A stretch of DNA of 64,000 bases from Acidimicrobiia bacterium (GTDB lineage: Bacteria; Acidobacteriota; Vicinamibacteria; Vicinamibacterales; UBA2999), in NCBI GenBank assembly GCA_016871275.1, contig VFZG01000001.1:162998-226997 (forward strand), read 5' to 3'. Of the stretch, positions 49,941-60,046 are shown piece by piece. The notes under the pieces are model-generated. The model had not been told where the DNA came from and searched no databases. It worked only from the letters and a program-made list of their open reading frames with translations. Position numbers and translations under genes: made by a program. How positions within the stretch are numbered: the first letter of the stretch is position 1; each line of letters opens with the position of its first letter.

Positions 49941-51119
49941 ATGCGGCTCCCCCCGGGCCTTCTCACCGTCGCCTCGGTCACCCCGCTCGGCACGGCAACG
50001 CTGGCCACCCTCGGAATCTGCCTGCTGGCCGCCGACCTGCTTCCCGAGAATCGCTACCTCGATGTCGACTATCTCGAATACACACTGAGCGTCTCACTTG
50101 GTGGCGCGGTGCTGTTCATGGCGCTGCAGGATCGCCTGGCGGCCGCTGAACTGCGCCGACTTCGTCATCGAGTCCTGCTGTCGATCGTCACGCTTGCCAC
50201 CGCCACCGTCGCCGCAGAGTTTACGACCCGTTGGCTGTATCGCGATGTGACGACAAGCGCCAACACCGGCAGCTACTTCACGCGCCGCTGGTTGCGGACC
50301 GGCCCGATTCAAATGAACCCGGCCGGCTTCCGCGGTCCGACGTATTCCGACGCCAAGCGGCCCGGCGTTTATCGGATTGCCGTCGTCGGCGACTCCTTCA
50401 CATTCGGCAACGGCGTACGCCAGCAGGACCGCTATACCGAGCTGATGCAGACGCGCCTGCCGGCACACTTGGAAGTCTTGAACTTCGGTGCAGGCGGCGC
50501 GAACACGCCCCAACACTACGCGCGCGTGGTGCGAGTGCTGGGCGAGGTCCAACCCGACTTCATACTGCTGCAGTGGTATGTCAACGATATGGAAGATGAC
50601 GACACCACCGGCCGGCCAGAGTTTCGCTCGCTGGTGCCGTTCCGGAGTCTGCACCATTGGCTCTCCCGGCGTTCTGCCCTGTACGATGTCGCCAGCGTTC
50701 CCTGGGCTGAGCTCCAGGTGGCGCTCGGCGTGACGCGCTCGTACCCGGAATATCTCTTTACGAGGCTCGGCGATCCCAACGGCAATGACGCGTTGATCGA
50801 CAAGCGGTTCCTTATGGGCATCATCGATGCGTGCCGCACAGCCCGCGTACCGCTCGGCGTCGTGCTGTTTCCAGACACCGAGATGCCGATCGATGAGTCG
50901 TATCGCTTTGCCTATTTGCACGATCGCGTGCTGAACACTTGTGCCGAGCGGGAGTTGTCCTGCGTCGACCTGCGCGAGGATTTCGCGCAGGTGAAGGACC
51001 ATCGCACGCTGTGGGCCAGCCGGCTCGACCACCATCCGAGCGCACGCGCCAACGCCATTGCGGCAGAGCGAATCCTCCACACCTTCGCCGCAACCTGGGT
51101 GGCATCCGCCCCCAAATGA
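49941..51119 (+). CDS. Membrane-anchored SGNH/GDSL hydrolase or acyltransferase
   Basis: ATG 49941; three TM segments; GDSFTFG, NFG..G, YVND, DHHP. Confidence 0.85.
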   Translation: MRLPPGLLTVASVTPLGTATLATLGICLLAADLLPENRYLDVDYLEYTLSVSLGGAVLFMALQDRLAAAELRRLRHRVLLSIVTLATATVAAEFTTRWLYRDVTTSANTGSYFTRRWLRTGPIQMNPAGFRGPTYSDAKRPGVYRIAVVGDSFTFGNGVRQQDRYTELMQTRLPAHLEVLNFGAGGANTPQHYARVVRVLGEVQPDFILLQWYVNDMEDDDTTGRPEFRSLVPFRSLHHWLSRRSALYDVASVPWAELQVALGVTRSYPEYLFTRLGDPNGNDALIDKRFLMGIIDACRTARVPLGVVLFPDTEMPIDESYRFAYLHDRVLNTCAERELSCVDLREDFAQVKDHRTLWASRLDHHPSARANAIAAERILHTFAATWVASAPK

Positions 51120-51188
51120 GAAGGGCCACCCTGTTGCCGAGGTGGCCCTTGCACTGTAAGTTGCTGACTCTTGACCGTTTGACGGCGC

Positions 51189-52100
51189 CTAGAAGCGCCC
51201 GGCGCCGGTCCAGAAGGCGGGCTCTTCGCCAGTGAACACGCGCCAGCCGATGGTCGGCGCGGTGCCGCAATGGCCAACGAGCATGTCAACCAAGTGCACG
51301 TTCAGGCTGCCCTGGTCGGGACCTGAACCGTAGTTGTAGGCTGCTTCGTCGCCGGCGGCGATGACTGGGACCCCACCGTTGTCGGCAGCGCCGCGGTTCG
51401 GCTTGCCGTTGTATCCCCATCGCGTGTCGACCAGCCGGAACGCATCAATCACACGATCCTGCCACGGGTTGTTGACGTACTTGAGGCCCCGTGGGCACGA
51501 CTGGCTGGCGTCTGCGAACCGCTGGAGAGTCGGGAACATGTTGGGCAGCGGCAAGCGCGTGCCCGGCGCCGGGTCCGGCGTGCGGGGGCCGGCGCTCGTG
51601 GGTCCCGGCGTCGGCACCGTCGGCTGAGTCGCCCCGGCGGTGGTGAACGCCATCACGTTGGACCATGGACCGAACGCATCGCCCAACTCCGCGCGCAAGC
51701 GCCACACGTAGCGGCGTCCGGCGGTGAGCGCCGGCGTAACCGTCCAGCGCACCACCCCTGACGCGTCGGTCGCACCGGTGCCGCTTGCAATAAGGGTGGC
51801 GAACGAGTCGGCCTCGGCCACCTGGAACCGGTGCGAAAGAGCGAGGCCGCTCTGGTGCACGCCGCTTGATGCACGGGCGGCCAGGATCGGGGTTACCGAA
51901 ACGTTGGTAATCTCGAACAGCGGTGAAATCGCCAGCGGCGCATTGACCTTGAGGTTGGAACCGTCGGCATTCAACGCCGCGTTATTCCCGGTCACCGCGC
52001 TCGGTGACACCGGCGACTGCACGCCGCCCTCACACGCCACCGCCACCGCGGCGCACAGCGCCAGCGCCGTCTTCTTCCATCCAAATCGATAGTTCATCAA
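51189..52100 (-). CDS. Lipoprotein: Fn3/Ig-like module, P/T-rich linker, unassigned C-terminal domain (paralog of 62363-63571)
   Basis: Lipobox AVAC; YVWRLRA..GPWS; DTRWGYNGK, AYNYGSGPD, GHCG, GRF*. Confidence 0.8.
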   Translation of the reverse strand: MMNYRFGWKKTALALCAAVAVACEGGVQSPVSPSAVTGNNAALNADGSNLKVNAPLAISPLFEITNVSVTPILAARASSGVHQSGLALSHRFQVAEADSFATLIASGTGATDASGVVRWTVTPALTAGRRYVWRLRAELGDAFGPWSNVMAFTTAGATQPTVPTPGPTSAGPRTPDPAPGTRLPLPNMFPTLQRFADASQSCPRGLKYVNNPWQDRVIDAFRLVDTRWGYNGKPNRGAADNGGVPVIAAGDEAAYNYGSGPDQGSLNVHLVDMLVGHCGTAPTIGWRVFTGEEPAFWTGAGRF

Positions 52101-52217
52101 TGTTCCTCGGGGTTACAGCCCGTAAAGTGTATCGCAACCGGCCCGCCCGGAGCTGAGTTTTCACGGTGAATCCCATCCCACAGTGCAACTTCCTGGTGCT
52201 ATCGTATTGAGCACCCG

Positions 52218-52928
52218 ATGCGTGCTCCCCTCGGCAGCCTCAGCGTGCTGGTCCCCATTTTCAACGAACGAGCCACGATAGAGCGCCTGCTGAACGCGGT
52301 GGTGGCGGTGCACACCGGGCTCACGGTCGAGGTTCTGGCCTGTGACGATGGCTCGACGGACGGCACCAGGGACATCCTCTCCAGGCTGTCGTTGCCCGGG
52401 CTGAAAGTCATTTTCATGGACGAGAACGTCGGCCGTGGCGGCGTGATCAAGCACCTGTGGTCAGTGGCCACGGGGGACATCATCGTCCACCAGGACGCCG
52501 ACCTGGAGTACGACCCGCGGGACTACATGCCGATGCTCGAGCCGTTGCTCGCGGACCGAGCGGACGTGGTGTACGGCAGCCGATTCAAGGGCTCGATTGA
52601 GGGCATGCGGTTCCTGAACCGCGTCGGCAACCTGTTCATGACGGCGTCGGCGCGCGCGCTGTACGGGGTCAACGTCTCGGACCTGATGACGTGCTACAAG
52701 ATGTATCGGTCGTCGTTGATCCAGGGCATCCACATCGACGCGAACGGTTTCGATTTCGAAGCCGAGTTCACCGCGCGGCTGGCGCAACGCGGCGCCCGGT
52801 TTGCCGAGGTGCCGGTCAGCTTTTCCGGCCGCACCTTCGAAGAGGGCAAGAAGATCCGCGCCTTCGACGCCGTGCGGGTCATGCGTGAGCTGATCCGCTG
52901 CAAGATGACGAGTGAGGCCCGTGGCTAG
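52218..52928 (+). CDS. GT2 glycosyltransferase, polyprenol-phosphate sugar synthase (DPM1-like)
   Basis: PIFNE, DDGSTDGT, QDADLEYDP.D, VYGSRF, D..TCYK, R...EGKKI. Confidence 0.92.
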   Translation: MRAPLGSLSVLVPIFNERATIERLLNAVVAVHTGLTVEVLACDDGSTDGTRDILSRLSLPGLKVIFMDENVGRGGVIKHLWSVATGDIIVHQDADLEYDPRDYMPMLEPLLADRADVVYGSRFKGSIEGMRFLNRVGNLFMTASARALYGVNVSDLMTCYKMYRSSLIQGIHIDANGFDFEAEFTARLAQRGARFAEVPVSFSGRTFEEGKKIRAFDAVRVMRELIRCKMTSEARG

Positions 52929-53892
52929 CCTCGGCTCGCAGATGGTCGGCATCATCCTCGCCGCCGGGAAAGGCGCGCGCATGTACCCGTTCAGCGAGCG
53001 CAGCCCGAAGCCAATCCTGCCGATCCTGAACCGCCCGCTGCTGGCCCACCAGATTGAAGTGATGCGCGACTGCGGCATCACCGACATTCACATCGTCGTC
53101 GGGCACCTTGGCTATCAGGTGGCCAGCACCTTCGGCGACGGCTCCAGCTACGGCGTCCGGATTCACTTCGTCGAGCAGGAAAGCACGCTCGGCCTGGCCC
53201 ATGCGGTCGGCGCGCTGGAGTCGCGCGTCCGGGTACCGTTCCTGTTGATGCTCGGCGACATCTATTTCCACCTCACGTCGCCGCTCCGCCCGCTGTGCGA
53301 GCAGGTGCTGCGGGGTGAGGTCAACGCCAACCTGGTCAGCATGTACGAGCCGGACCCCGAGATGGTCCGCCGGAACTTCGTGATCGTGGCCAACGAGGCC
53401 GGGCGCGTGCAGAAGGTGATCGAGAAGCCGCGCTACGTGGACAGCCAGCTCAAAGGCTGCGGTCTCTACGTGTTCGATCCGCACATCTTCGACGCCATTC
53501 GCCGCACGCCGCGAACGGCCATGCGCGACGAGTACGAGATCACCGACAGCATCCAGATCCTGATCCAGGACGGCTACGTCACACATCACCACCCGATCGT
53601 CGAGCGCGACCTGAACCTGACCAAGCCGGCCGATCTGCTGACGATCAACCTGATCGAGTTGTCGAGAGCCGGCCTGCCGCACCTGGTCGATCCGGGCGCA
53701 CACCTGGCGCCCGGCACGGTCGTCGAACGCAGCGTGATCGGCAAGGGTGTCACGGTGGCGCATCCGATCCGGATCAGCAACAGCGTGATCATGCCCGGTG
53801 TCACCGTCACGGCGACGACCGACCTGGACTCGGTGGTGATGGACGGCGAACACACGGTGTATTGTCCCGGCACGGGCGACAAACAGACATGA
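52921..53892 (+). CDS. Sugar-1-phosphate nucleotidyltransferase (RmlA/GraD-like) with C-terminal beta-helix
   Basis: ILAAGKGARM.P....PKP, Q...LGLAHAV, LGD, IEKP, EYEITD. Confidence 0.9.
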   Translation: MASLGSQMVGIILAAGKGARMYPFSERSPKPILPILNRPLLAHQIEVMRDCGITDIHIVVGHLGYQVASTFGDGSSYGVRIHFVEQESTLGLAHAVGALESRVRVPFLLMLGDIYFHLTSPLRPLCEQVLRGEVNANLVSMYEPDPEMVRRNFVIVANEAGRVQKVIEKPRYVDSQLKGCGLYVFDPHIFDAIRRTPRTAMRDEYEITDSIQILIQDGYVTHHHPIVERDLNLTKPADLLTINLIELSRAGLPHLVDPGAHLAPGTVVERSVIGKGVTVAHPIRISNSVIMPGVTVTATTDLDSVVMDGEHTVYCPGTGDKQT

Positions 53893-54824
53893 CCGGCTCG
53901 CACGCGCTGGTGACGGGCGGCGCGGGGTTCATTGGCTCGCACCTGACGCGCGCCCTGCTGGCCGAGGGCCGCCGGGTGACGGTGATCGACAACCTGACGG
54001 TCGGCCGTCGCGGCGCGGTGCCGGACGACGCGCGCTTCGTGCACGGCGACATTCGAGACGAGGCCGCTCTGCGCGATGCCCTCGAAGGCGTCGACGGCGT
54101 ATTCCACCTCGCCGCGCAGGTCACCATTCGCGGCAGCTTCGATCGGTTCGTCGAAGATCTCGACACCAACGTGATGGGCACGGCGCGCCTCCTGAAGGCG
54201 CTCGACCCGTCACGCGTCAGATGGTTTACCCTCGCCTCGTCGATGGCGGTGTATGCCGATGCCGATTCACCGGCCCCGATCGACGAATCACATCCAACCC
54301 GCCCGCTGTCGCCGTACGGGGTTGGCAAGCTGGCGGCTGAACAGGTGTCAGCGCAGATTCTGGCCTCGCGCGGCATTCCGTTCACCGCGGTCCGCTTCTT
54401 CAACACCTACGGCCCTGGCCAGACGTTCACGCCGTACGTGGGCGTCCTGACGATCTTCATCACGAAGCTGCTGCGCGGCGAGCCGATTACGGTGTTTGGC
54501 GACGGCGAACAACAGCGGGACTTCATTCACGTCAGCGACATCGTCGCGGGCACCATGGCCACGCCCGGCAAGACACCCGGCTGCTACAACCTCGGCACCG
54601 GGCGCGGCACGTCGTTGAATCAACTGGCGGAGCTCGTGCTCGAGGCGCTGGCGCCGGGACAGCGCCCGCAGCACGCGCCAGCGCACACGGGCGAATTGCG
54701 CTTCTCGGTCGCGAATATCGACGCGGCGCGGCGGGCGCTCGGCTTTGTTCCGGCCCGCTCGCTCGATCGCGATCTGCAGGAAGTGATTGCGCACATCCGT
54801 GCCCGAGAGGGCCTGGCAGAGTAG
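53889..54824 (+). CDS. NAD-dependent nucleotide-sugar epimerase/dehydratase
   Basis: VTGGAGFIGSH, SSMAVY, SPYGVGK, RFFNTYGP, RDFIHV. Confidence 0.92.
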   Translation: MTGSHALVTGGAGFIGSHLTRALLAEGRRVTVIDNLTVGRRGAVPDDARFVHGDIRDEAALRDALEGVDGVFHLAAQVTIRGSFDRFVEDLDTNVMGTARLLKALDPSRVRWFTLASSMAVYADADSPAPIDESHPTRPLSPYGVGKLAAEQVSAQILASRGIPFTAVRFFNTYGPGQTFTPYVGVLTIFITKLLRGEPITVFGDGEQQRDFIHVSDIVAGTMATPGKTPGCYNLGTGRGTSLNQLAELVLEALAPGQRPQHAPAHTGELRFSVANIDAARRALGFVPARSLDRDLQEVIAHIRAREGLAE

Positions 54825-54841
54825 CCCCCCGGCGCGCCGGG

Positions 54842-55882
54842 CTACGGCGCGACCAGCCGCTGAATCGCTTTGGGCCAGGTCATTTGCCTGGCAACTGCGT
54901 GGCCGGCCTCACCCATCCGCTGGGCGAGCGTCCGCTCGTCCATCACCTTCCGCATGGCGCCCGCGAACGCCTCCGGCGTCGGTTCGGTCACGAACCCCGT
55001 GACACCGTCCTGCACCAACTCCGATGGCCCGCCGCTGTCGGTGCAGGTCAACACGCCCTTCCCGCACATGTACGCTTCAACGGTCACAATGCCGTAGTCT
55101 TCATTGAACGGCGGGAAGACCACCGCCCGGCATCGCGCGAGGTGGTCGATCATCTGTTCGTCAGTCAGACGCCCGACGAACTGCACTCGGTGCTCGATGT
55201 CGAGATGACTCGCCAGCGCCTGCAAGCGCTCGAGCTCGGCGCCCTCGCCGGCGATCACGCACTGAATGCTGGCCGCCACCGGTTCGGCCAGTGCCCGCAG
55301 CACCAGGTCGAACCGCTTCAAGGGCGCCAGCCGTGATACGCCAAACAGGTAGTTGCCGCAGCCCTCGTGCCGGTAGGCCCGCTGCGGCGGCGGCGGATAC
55401 AACACGTCGGACTGGATGCGGCCAAAGCGCTGCAGCCGCGCCTGCACGGTGGCGGAGATGACGAATCGCCGCTGCATACGGTTGAACAAGTACTTGTCCA
55501 CCCGATGAATCAGCGCGCGGCGGCCGCGCTCCTTGATGCCCTGCTTCCACGTCAGGTGGCCGCTGAACTGGTCCCAGAGGTCGTAGTACTCGCGCATGCG
55601 ATGGTTCAGCCACAGCACGTGATTCGGATGCTGCACCGCGTATCCGGGAAACCGCAGGCTGATCACCTGATCGACTCGCTTCTCTTCGTGCACGATCTCG
55701 ACGTCCGTGCACCAGGCGGCCAGGTAGGCACTCCCCTGCCGGCCAAACCGGTTCTGCGGCGTGACGACCAGCGTCGCGTCGTGTCCCTCCTCGCGGAGGG
55801 CCGTGACCAACTCGCGAGCCAACACCGTGTGCCCGCCTTCGGCGAATGGCGGACTCGACGTCACCACGACAATCGTGGACAT
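54842..55882 (-). CDS. GT4 glycosyltransferase
   Basis: SRL...KR, EDYG.V.VEA...GK. Confidence 0.9.
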   Translation of the reverse strand: MSTIVVVTSSPPFAEGGHTVLARELVTALREEGHDATLVVTPQNRFGRQGSAYLAAWCTDVEIVHEEKRVDQVISLRFPGYAVQHPNHVLWLNHRMREYYDLWDQFSGHLTWKQGIKERGRRALIHRVDKYLFNRMQRRFVISATVQARLQRFGRIQSDVLYPPPPQRAYRHEGCGNYLFGVSRLAPLKRFDLVLRALAEPVAASIQCVIAGEGAELERLQALASHLDIEHRVQFVGRLTDEQMIDHLARCRAVVFPPFNEDYGIVTVEAYMCGKGVLTCTDSGGPSELVQDGVTGFVTEPTPEAFAGAMRKVMDERTLAQRMGEAGHAVARQMTWPKAIQRLVAP

Positions 55883-57810
55883 TACTCGGCGGCTCCGTAG
55901 GTGGGGATCAGGCGCACCATGACGCCGAGGAAACGGCTGTCGTTCGCGCCGGTGTCGAACATCGGCACGAAGCCGCTCGAGGACGAGATCGAAATCAGGT
56001 ACACGTAGTTGGTCGGAAACCGCGGATCGTACTTGTACGGCATGCCATGCGGCATCGCGATCTCCACCGTCTGCTGCGAACCGGCCGCCATGTCGATGAT
56101 GCGGCGTTCGCCGCCGGTGTTGATCACCACGCGATTTGGCCTCGGACCGGTTTCGAGAATCGCGGTGAGCTTTTCAATCCGCAACGACCGCGCCACCTCG
56201 ACGCCGGCCAGGTCCGCTTCCGTCCTGATCCGCGCGCGCAGCAGAATGTCGGCGCTCGATTCGCCCCTCACCCAGAACGCATCGCCTTCACGGTCATAGA
56301 CGTTGTCGTCGATGAAGAACGCCGTGACGGGCGGGTCGCCACCGAGCGGCTGCCGGATGCGCGACGGCTCGTGGTTGATCGGCAGATCGTTCACCATCGT
56401 CAACTCCGTCGGCAGCCAACGGAACAATCCGGTCTTGGTGTGCTCGGCTGGATGGCGCGTCGCGAAGAACGGCCCGGAGAGCAACTGCGTCACAAACAGT
56501 GCGCTCAACCCGGTCGTCAGCAGGCCTGCCAGCGCCGTTTGCAGCGGCGGCACCAGGAACAGGAACACGCCGTAGGTGCCCAGGAAGTAGCGGTTGCCCA
56601 CCGGACCGCCGCCGCCCGACCACGTGAACGGCATGTAGATCAGCAACACGCCGGCGGTGATCACGCCGGCGGCCAGCGTGAACCATTGCCACATCGCCCG
56701 ATCGCGCGTCGCGGCCAGGAACAGCAGGACGGCCATCAGGCCCGGCAGGTAATAGGCTGCAAAACCCGTGTGCCGGCCAAACAGGAAGTAGCCGACGTTG
56801 TGCGGGAAGACCTCGAGCAGGGCATCGCGCGTAAACAGGACGCCGAACGATCCGCCGCCAACCCGCGCCAGCCCCACCGAGTCGAAGGTGCTTGCCTCGT
56901 TCAGGAACGGAAACCCGCCCTGGAACGTGCCATCACCAGCCGCGTAGAACGTTTTCCGTTCTCCGCCCTGGTAGTTCCACTCGCCGGTCATCGCGACGTT
57001 CAACGCGAACATCAGCACCACGACGGCGCCAAACACGGCAGTAATCCTGGCCCCTCTCGACCACTGCCGGCGCAGAACGGCGGAGGCCAGCAGCGGCACG
57101 ATCAGGCCGACATTGGTGGGCTTGGCAAAGGTCGCGACGCCGAGCAGCACCGCCGCCACAATGTCCGAACGCGGCGCCAGCAGCCAGCGCGTGCGCCACG
57201 ACATTGCCGGCGCGATTGGCGCCGGGCCGGCGACCTCCTTGTAGCACCAGAAGAAATAGCCGATCAGGACGACCGCGAAGATGAAAAAGTCCGGCCCCAG
57301 TTGCACCATGTAGACCGGCACGACTGACACGAACAGGAATGCCACCGCAAAGACGAGCGCCGCCACCGGATGACTGCGCGCCGCCAGGAACGCGTACGCG
57401 CACGCAAAGCAGGCGGTCATCAACAGCGCGTGCAGCAGCAAGAAGCCGCTTGTGCCGAACAACCAGATGAACGGCGCCGCCAGCAGCGGATAGATGTAGG
57501 CCTTGGCGTAATAGATCTGCCCGCCGCTGCCGCGTTTGAGGAAGATACCCTGCGGGCCGGAGGGAAACTCCTTCCACACGCGCACCAGATCGTCGCGTTG
57601 GTATTCGAAGTCCAAATCGTGCGCCAGGCTGTGACCGAGCGTGTAGTAGGTCGCCGCGTCACCGGCGAACCCGCCCGAGGCGGTGGGAAAATCGACGGAC
57701 AGCGACCATGCCGTCAGCAGGATGCCAACGGCCGCCGTCGACGCCGCGCCGAGGCGCCACGCCTGGCTGCGTCCTTCGAACCGTCTGGCCACCCCGTGGT
57801 CCATCGTCAT
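55882..57810 (-). CDS. Polytopic GT-C-like membrane protein with C-terminal periplasmic beta domain
   Basis: GDAATYY....SL..D.D, multiple TMs, W.GG...GNRY, C-terminal FVP....DSRFLGV. Confidence 0.7.
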   Translation of the reverse strand: MTMDHGVARRFEGRSQAWRLGAASTAAVGILLTAWSLSVDFPTASGGFAGDAATYYTLGHSLAHDLDFEYQRDDLVRVWKEFPSGPQGIFLKRGSGGQIYYAKAYIYPLLAAPFIWLFGTSGFLLLHALLMTACFACAYAFLAARSHPVAALVFAVAFLFVSVVPVYMVQLGPDFFIFAVVLIGYFFWCYKEVAGPAPIAPAMSWRTRWLLAPRSDIVAAVLLGVATFAKPTNVGLIVPLLASAVLRRQWSRGARITAVFGAVVVLMFALNVAMTGEWNYQGGERKTFYAAGDGTFQGGFPFLNEASTFDSVGLARVGGGSFGVLFTRDALLEVFPHNVGYFLFGRHTGFAAYYLPGLMAVLLFLAATRDRAMWQWFTLAAGVITAGVLLIYMPFTWSGGGGPVGNRYFLGTYGVFLFLVPPLQTALAGLLTTGLSALFVTQLLSGPFFATRHPAEHTKTGLFRWLPTELTMVNDLPINHEPSRIRQPLGGDPPVTAFFIDDNVYDREGDAFWVRGESSADILLRARIRTEADLAGVEVARSLRIEKLTAILETGPRPNRVVINTGGERRIIDMAAGSQQTVEIAMPHGMPYKYDPRFPTNYVYLISISSSSGFVPMFDTGANDSRFLGVMVRLIPTYGAAE

Positions 57811-59057
57811 CCGCGTTTGGTCTGTGCCGTCTGTGCCTGCTGTGGCGTCGCGAGAAACCCGAGATCCTGCGTCAGGATACCCGCGCGTCCGGTCGCACGC
57901 GAGGTCTCGTGCAGCAGCTCGTACAATCGTTCCATTTTTCGGACGAAGGCCGCAATGTCGTATCGCTGGCCGGTCGTTCGCGCCTCCGCCTGCAAGCCGG
58001 CCGCCAGTTGCGGCTGATCGATCACTTCGCCCACCGCGCCGGCCAGTGCCGCGGCGTTGGCCTTAGGGACAATCAGGGCATCGTGCCGATCGGTCAGGAC
58101 ATCCAGCAGGCCGTCGGCGTCGGTGGCCACCATCGGTTTGCCCATCGCCAGCGCCTCGAACACCGTCAGCGGCGTGCCTTCCCAGAGCGACGGGAACACC
58201 AGGACATCGAACGCCGACAACGCCGCCGCCACATCGCGCTGGAACCCGGAGAAGACCAGGCGATCGCCGAGTCCAAGCGCCCGAGCCTGCGCCTCCAGTT
58301 CGCCGTGCAGTTCGCCCTCCCCGACGATGAAGATGCGGACGTTCGGGTGTTGCTGCAGGATCGCGGGGGCCGCCTCGACGAGGTACTGATTGCCCTTGGA
58401 GGGCATCAATCGCGTGATCGTCCCGAGCGCCAGGGTTCCGGGCGCGATCCCCAGGGCCTGTCGGGCCGCTGCGATCTCATCCGCCGACCGCGGCCGTGCG
58501 AACTCGTCCAGCGGCGCACCCAGGTAGACCACCTTGGTGCGCTCCGCGGGCATCAGTCGCGCGCGCGTGGTGAACTCGGCGGTCGACTCCGACACGGCAA
58601 TCGCCAGGTCGGTGTGCGGCGCCAGGACGTAGTCGGCTGCCTTCTGGAACCACGGCGTGTCGCCATGGTTGGCATGTTCGTGGAGAATCGACGGCATGCC
58701 CGTACGCCACGCGCACAGCCGGCCGAAGGTGGTCGCGCCATAGCCGTGCATGTGCACGATGTCGGCCTGCTTGTCGCGAAGCACCCGCAGCAGCGCGCCG
58801 TAGGTGCCCGGATCGAACTTGTGCCGCCCCATGTAGGTCACGTCGATCCCGAACTCCTCAAGCGTGTCGGCCGACAGGTCTTTCCTGCGGAGGCTGATCA
58901 ACGACACGTTGAATCGACTCGTGTCGAAACGCGGGATCATCCACGCGAACAGGCGCTTGACGCCATGCATGCGTGAGCCGGTCCAGCCGAGATGATCGCA
59001 GATGTGCACGACGTTCAATCGGGCTGCGGGCTGCGCGCTGCGGGCTGCGGATCTCAT
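57807..59057 (-). CDS. GT4 glycosyltransferase
   Basis: RL...KG, FPSLWEGTPL..FEALAMGKP. Confidence 0.92.
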   Translation of the reverse strand: MRSAARSAQPAARLNVVHICDHLGWTGSRMHGVKRLFAWMIPRFDTSRFNVSLISLRRKDLSADTLEEFGIDVTYMGRHKFDPGTYGALLRVLRDKQADIVHMHGYGATTFGRLCAWRTGMPSILHEHANHGDTPWFQKAADYVLAPHTDLAIAVSESTAEFTTRARLMPAERTKVVYLGAPLDEFARPRSADEIAAARQALGIAPGTLALGTITRLMPSKGNQYLVEAAPAILQQHPNVRIFIVGEGELHGELEAQARALGLGDRLVFSGFQRDVAAALSAFDVLVFPSLWEGTPLTVFEALAMGKPMVATDADGLLDVLTDRHDALIVPKANAAALAGAVGEVIDQPQLAAGLQAEARTTGQRYDIAAFVRKMERLYELLHETSRATGRAGILTQDLGFLATPQQAQTAQTKRG

Positions 59058-60046
59058 AACAGCCCTTCATTCCGGTACCAGTCGGCGGTCCGCTTGATGC
59101 CCTCTTCGAGGTCGACTTTCGGAGTGAAACCGAGTTGCTGACGCGCGCGGCTGTTATCGAACGCGCGGCTCTTGGTGTAGAAGTCCACGCGCCGCCGATA
59201 GATGGGCGGCTCAATCCGCAGCGGCACGCAGATCAGCTCGCACAGTAACCCGGCGGTCCAGAACGGCCACACCGGCAGATGCACGCGCGGCGGCGCGACC
59301 TGCAGTTCCTTCGCCACCATCCCCACCAGTTGCTCGAGCGTGGTGTAGCGGGGACCGGCCAGCAGGTAGGTGCGTCCTTTCGCGCCCGGCACCGTTCCAC
59401 ACAGTCGAAAGCCTTCGACCAGGTCGTCGATGAACGTCAGGTGATAGAACGCCTGCCCGTTGCCGATCATCGGAAACCGGCCGCGGGCAAGGCCCCTGAA
59501 CATGGTGAGGAACCGTCGATCGCCCGGACCATAAATGCCGATGGGCCGGGCCACGACCACGTCGAGGCCGCACTGATCGCCGAAGCGGCGCGCGAGTTGC
59601 TCGGCCTCGAGCTTGGTGTCCTGATACACATCGCCGGGATTGAACGGCGCATCCTCGTTCGCGGGCGGGTGCGCAATGTGACCGTGCACCCCACCCGTAC
59701 TGCAGTGCACGACCCGGCGAACGCCGGCCGCCATCGACGCCTCGAGGAGGTGCTTCGTGCCATCCACGTTGATCGTACGGTACGCGGCGTCCGGTTGGCC
59801 TGCTTCACGATACGTCGCAGCAATGTGGTAGACCACGTCCACGCCGTCGACCGCGCGCTGCAGCGACGCCGGGTCGCCCAGATCGCCCTCGAACGCGACG
59901 ATGCCCTTGCCGGGCAGCGGGGAGGCGTCGAATCGTGCGCGGCTGCTCGGGCGCACCAGCGCCCGCACAAGGTCGCCGCAATTCCTCAAATGTTGTGCGA
60001 GATGTCCACCGGTGAAGCCGGTCGCCCCGGTGACCAGAACCGTCAC
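59054..60046 (-). CDS. NAD-dependent epimerase/dehydratase (extended SDR)
   Basis: VTGATGFTG, CSTGGV, YQDTK, RP.GIYGPGD. Confidence 0.9.
   Translation of the reverse strand: MTVLVTGATGFTGGHLAQHLRNCGDLVRALVRPSSRARFDASPLPGKGIVAFEGDLGDPASLQRAVDGVDVVYHIAATYREAGQPDAAYRTINVDGTKHLLEASMAAGVRRVVHCSTGGVHGHIAHPPANEDAPFNPGDVYQDTKLEAEQLARRFGDQCGLDVVVARPIGIYGPGDRRFLTMFRGLARGRFPMIGNGQAFYHLTFIDDLVEGFRLCGTVPGAKGRTYLLAGPRYTTLEQLVGMVAKELQVAPPRVHLPVWPFWTAGLLCELICVPLRIEPPIYRRRVDFYTKSRAFDNSRARQQLGFTPKVDLEEGIKRTADWYRNEGLL

Noticed and set aside
52133-52148. Sigma54-like site upstream of the first lipoprotein (GGGCGG-N5-TTGCG)
   Set aside because: Weak match expected by chance in GC-rich DNA; a TACACT -10 box nearby explains the promoter equally well.
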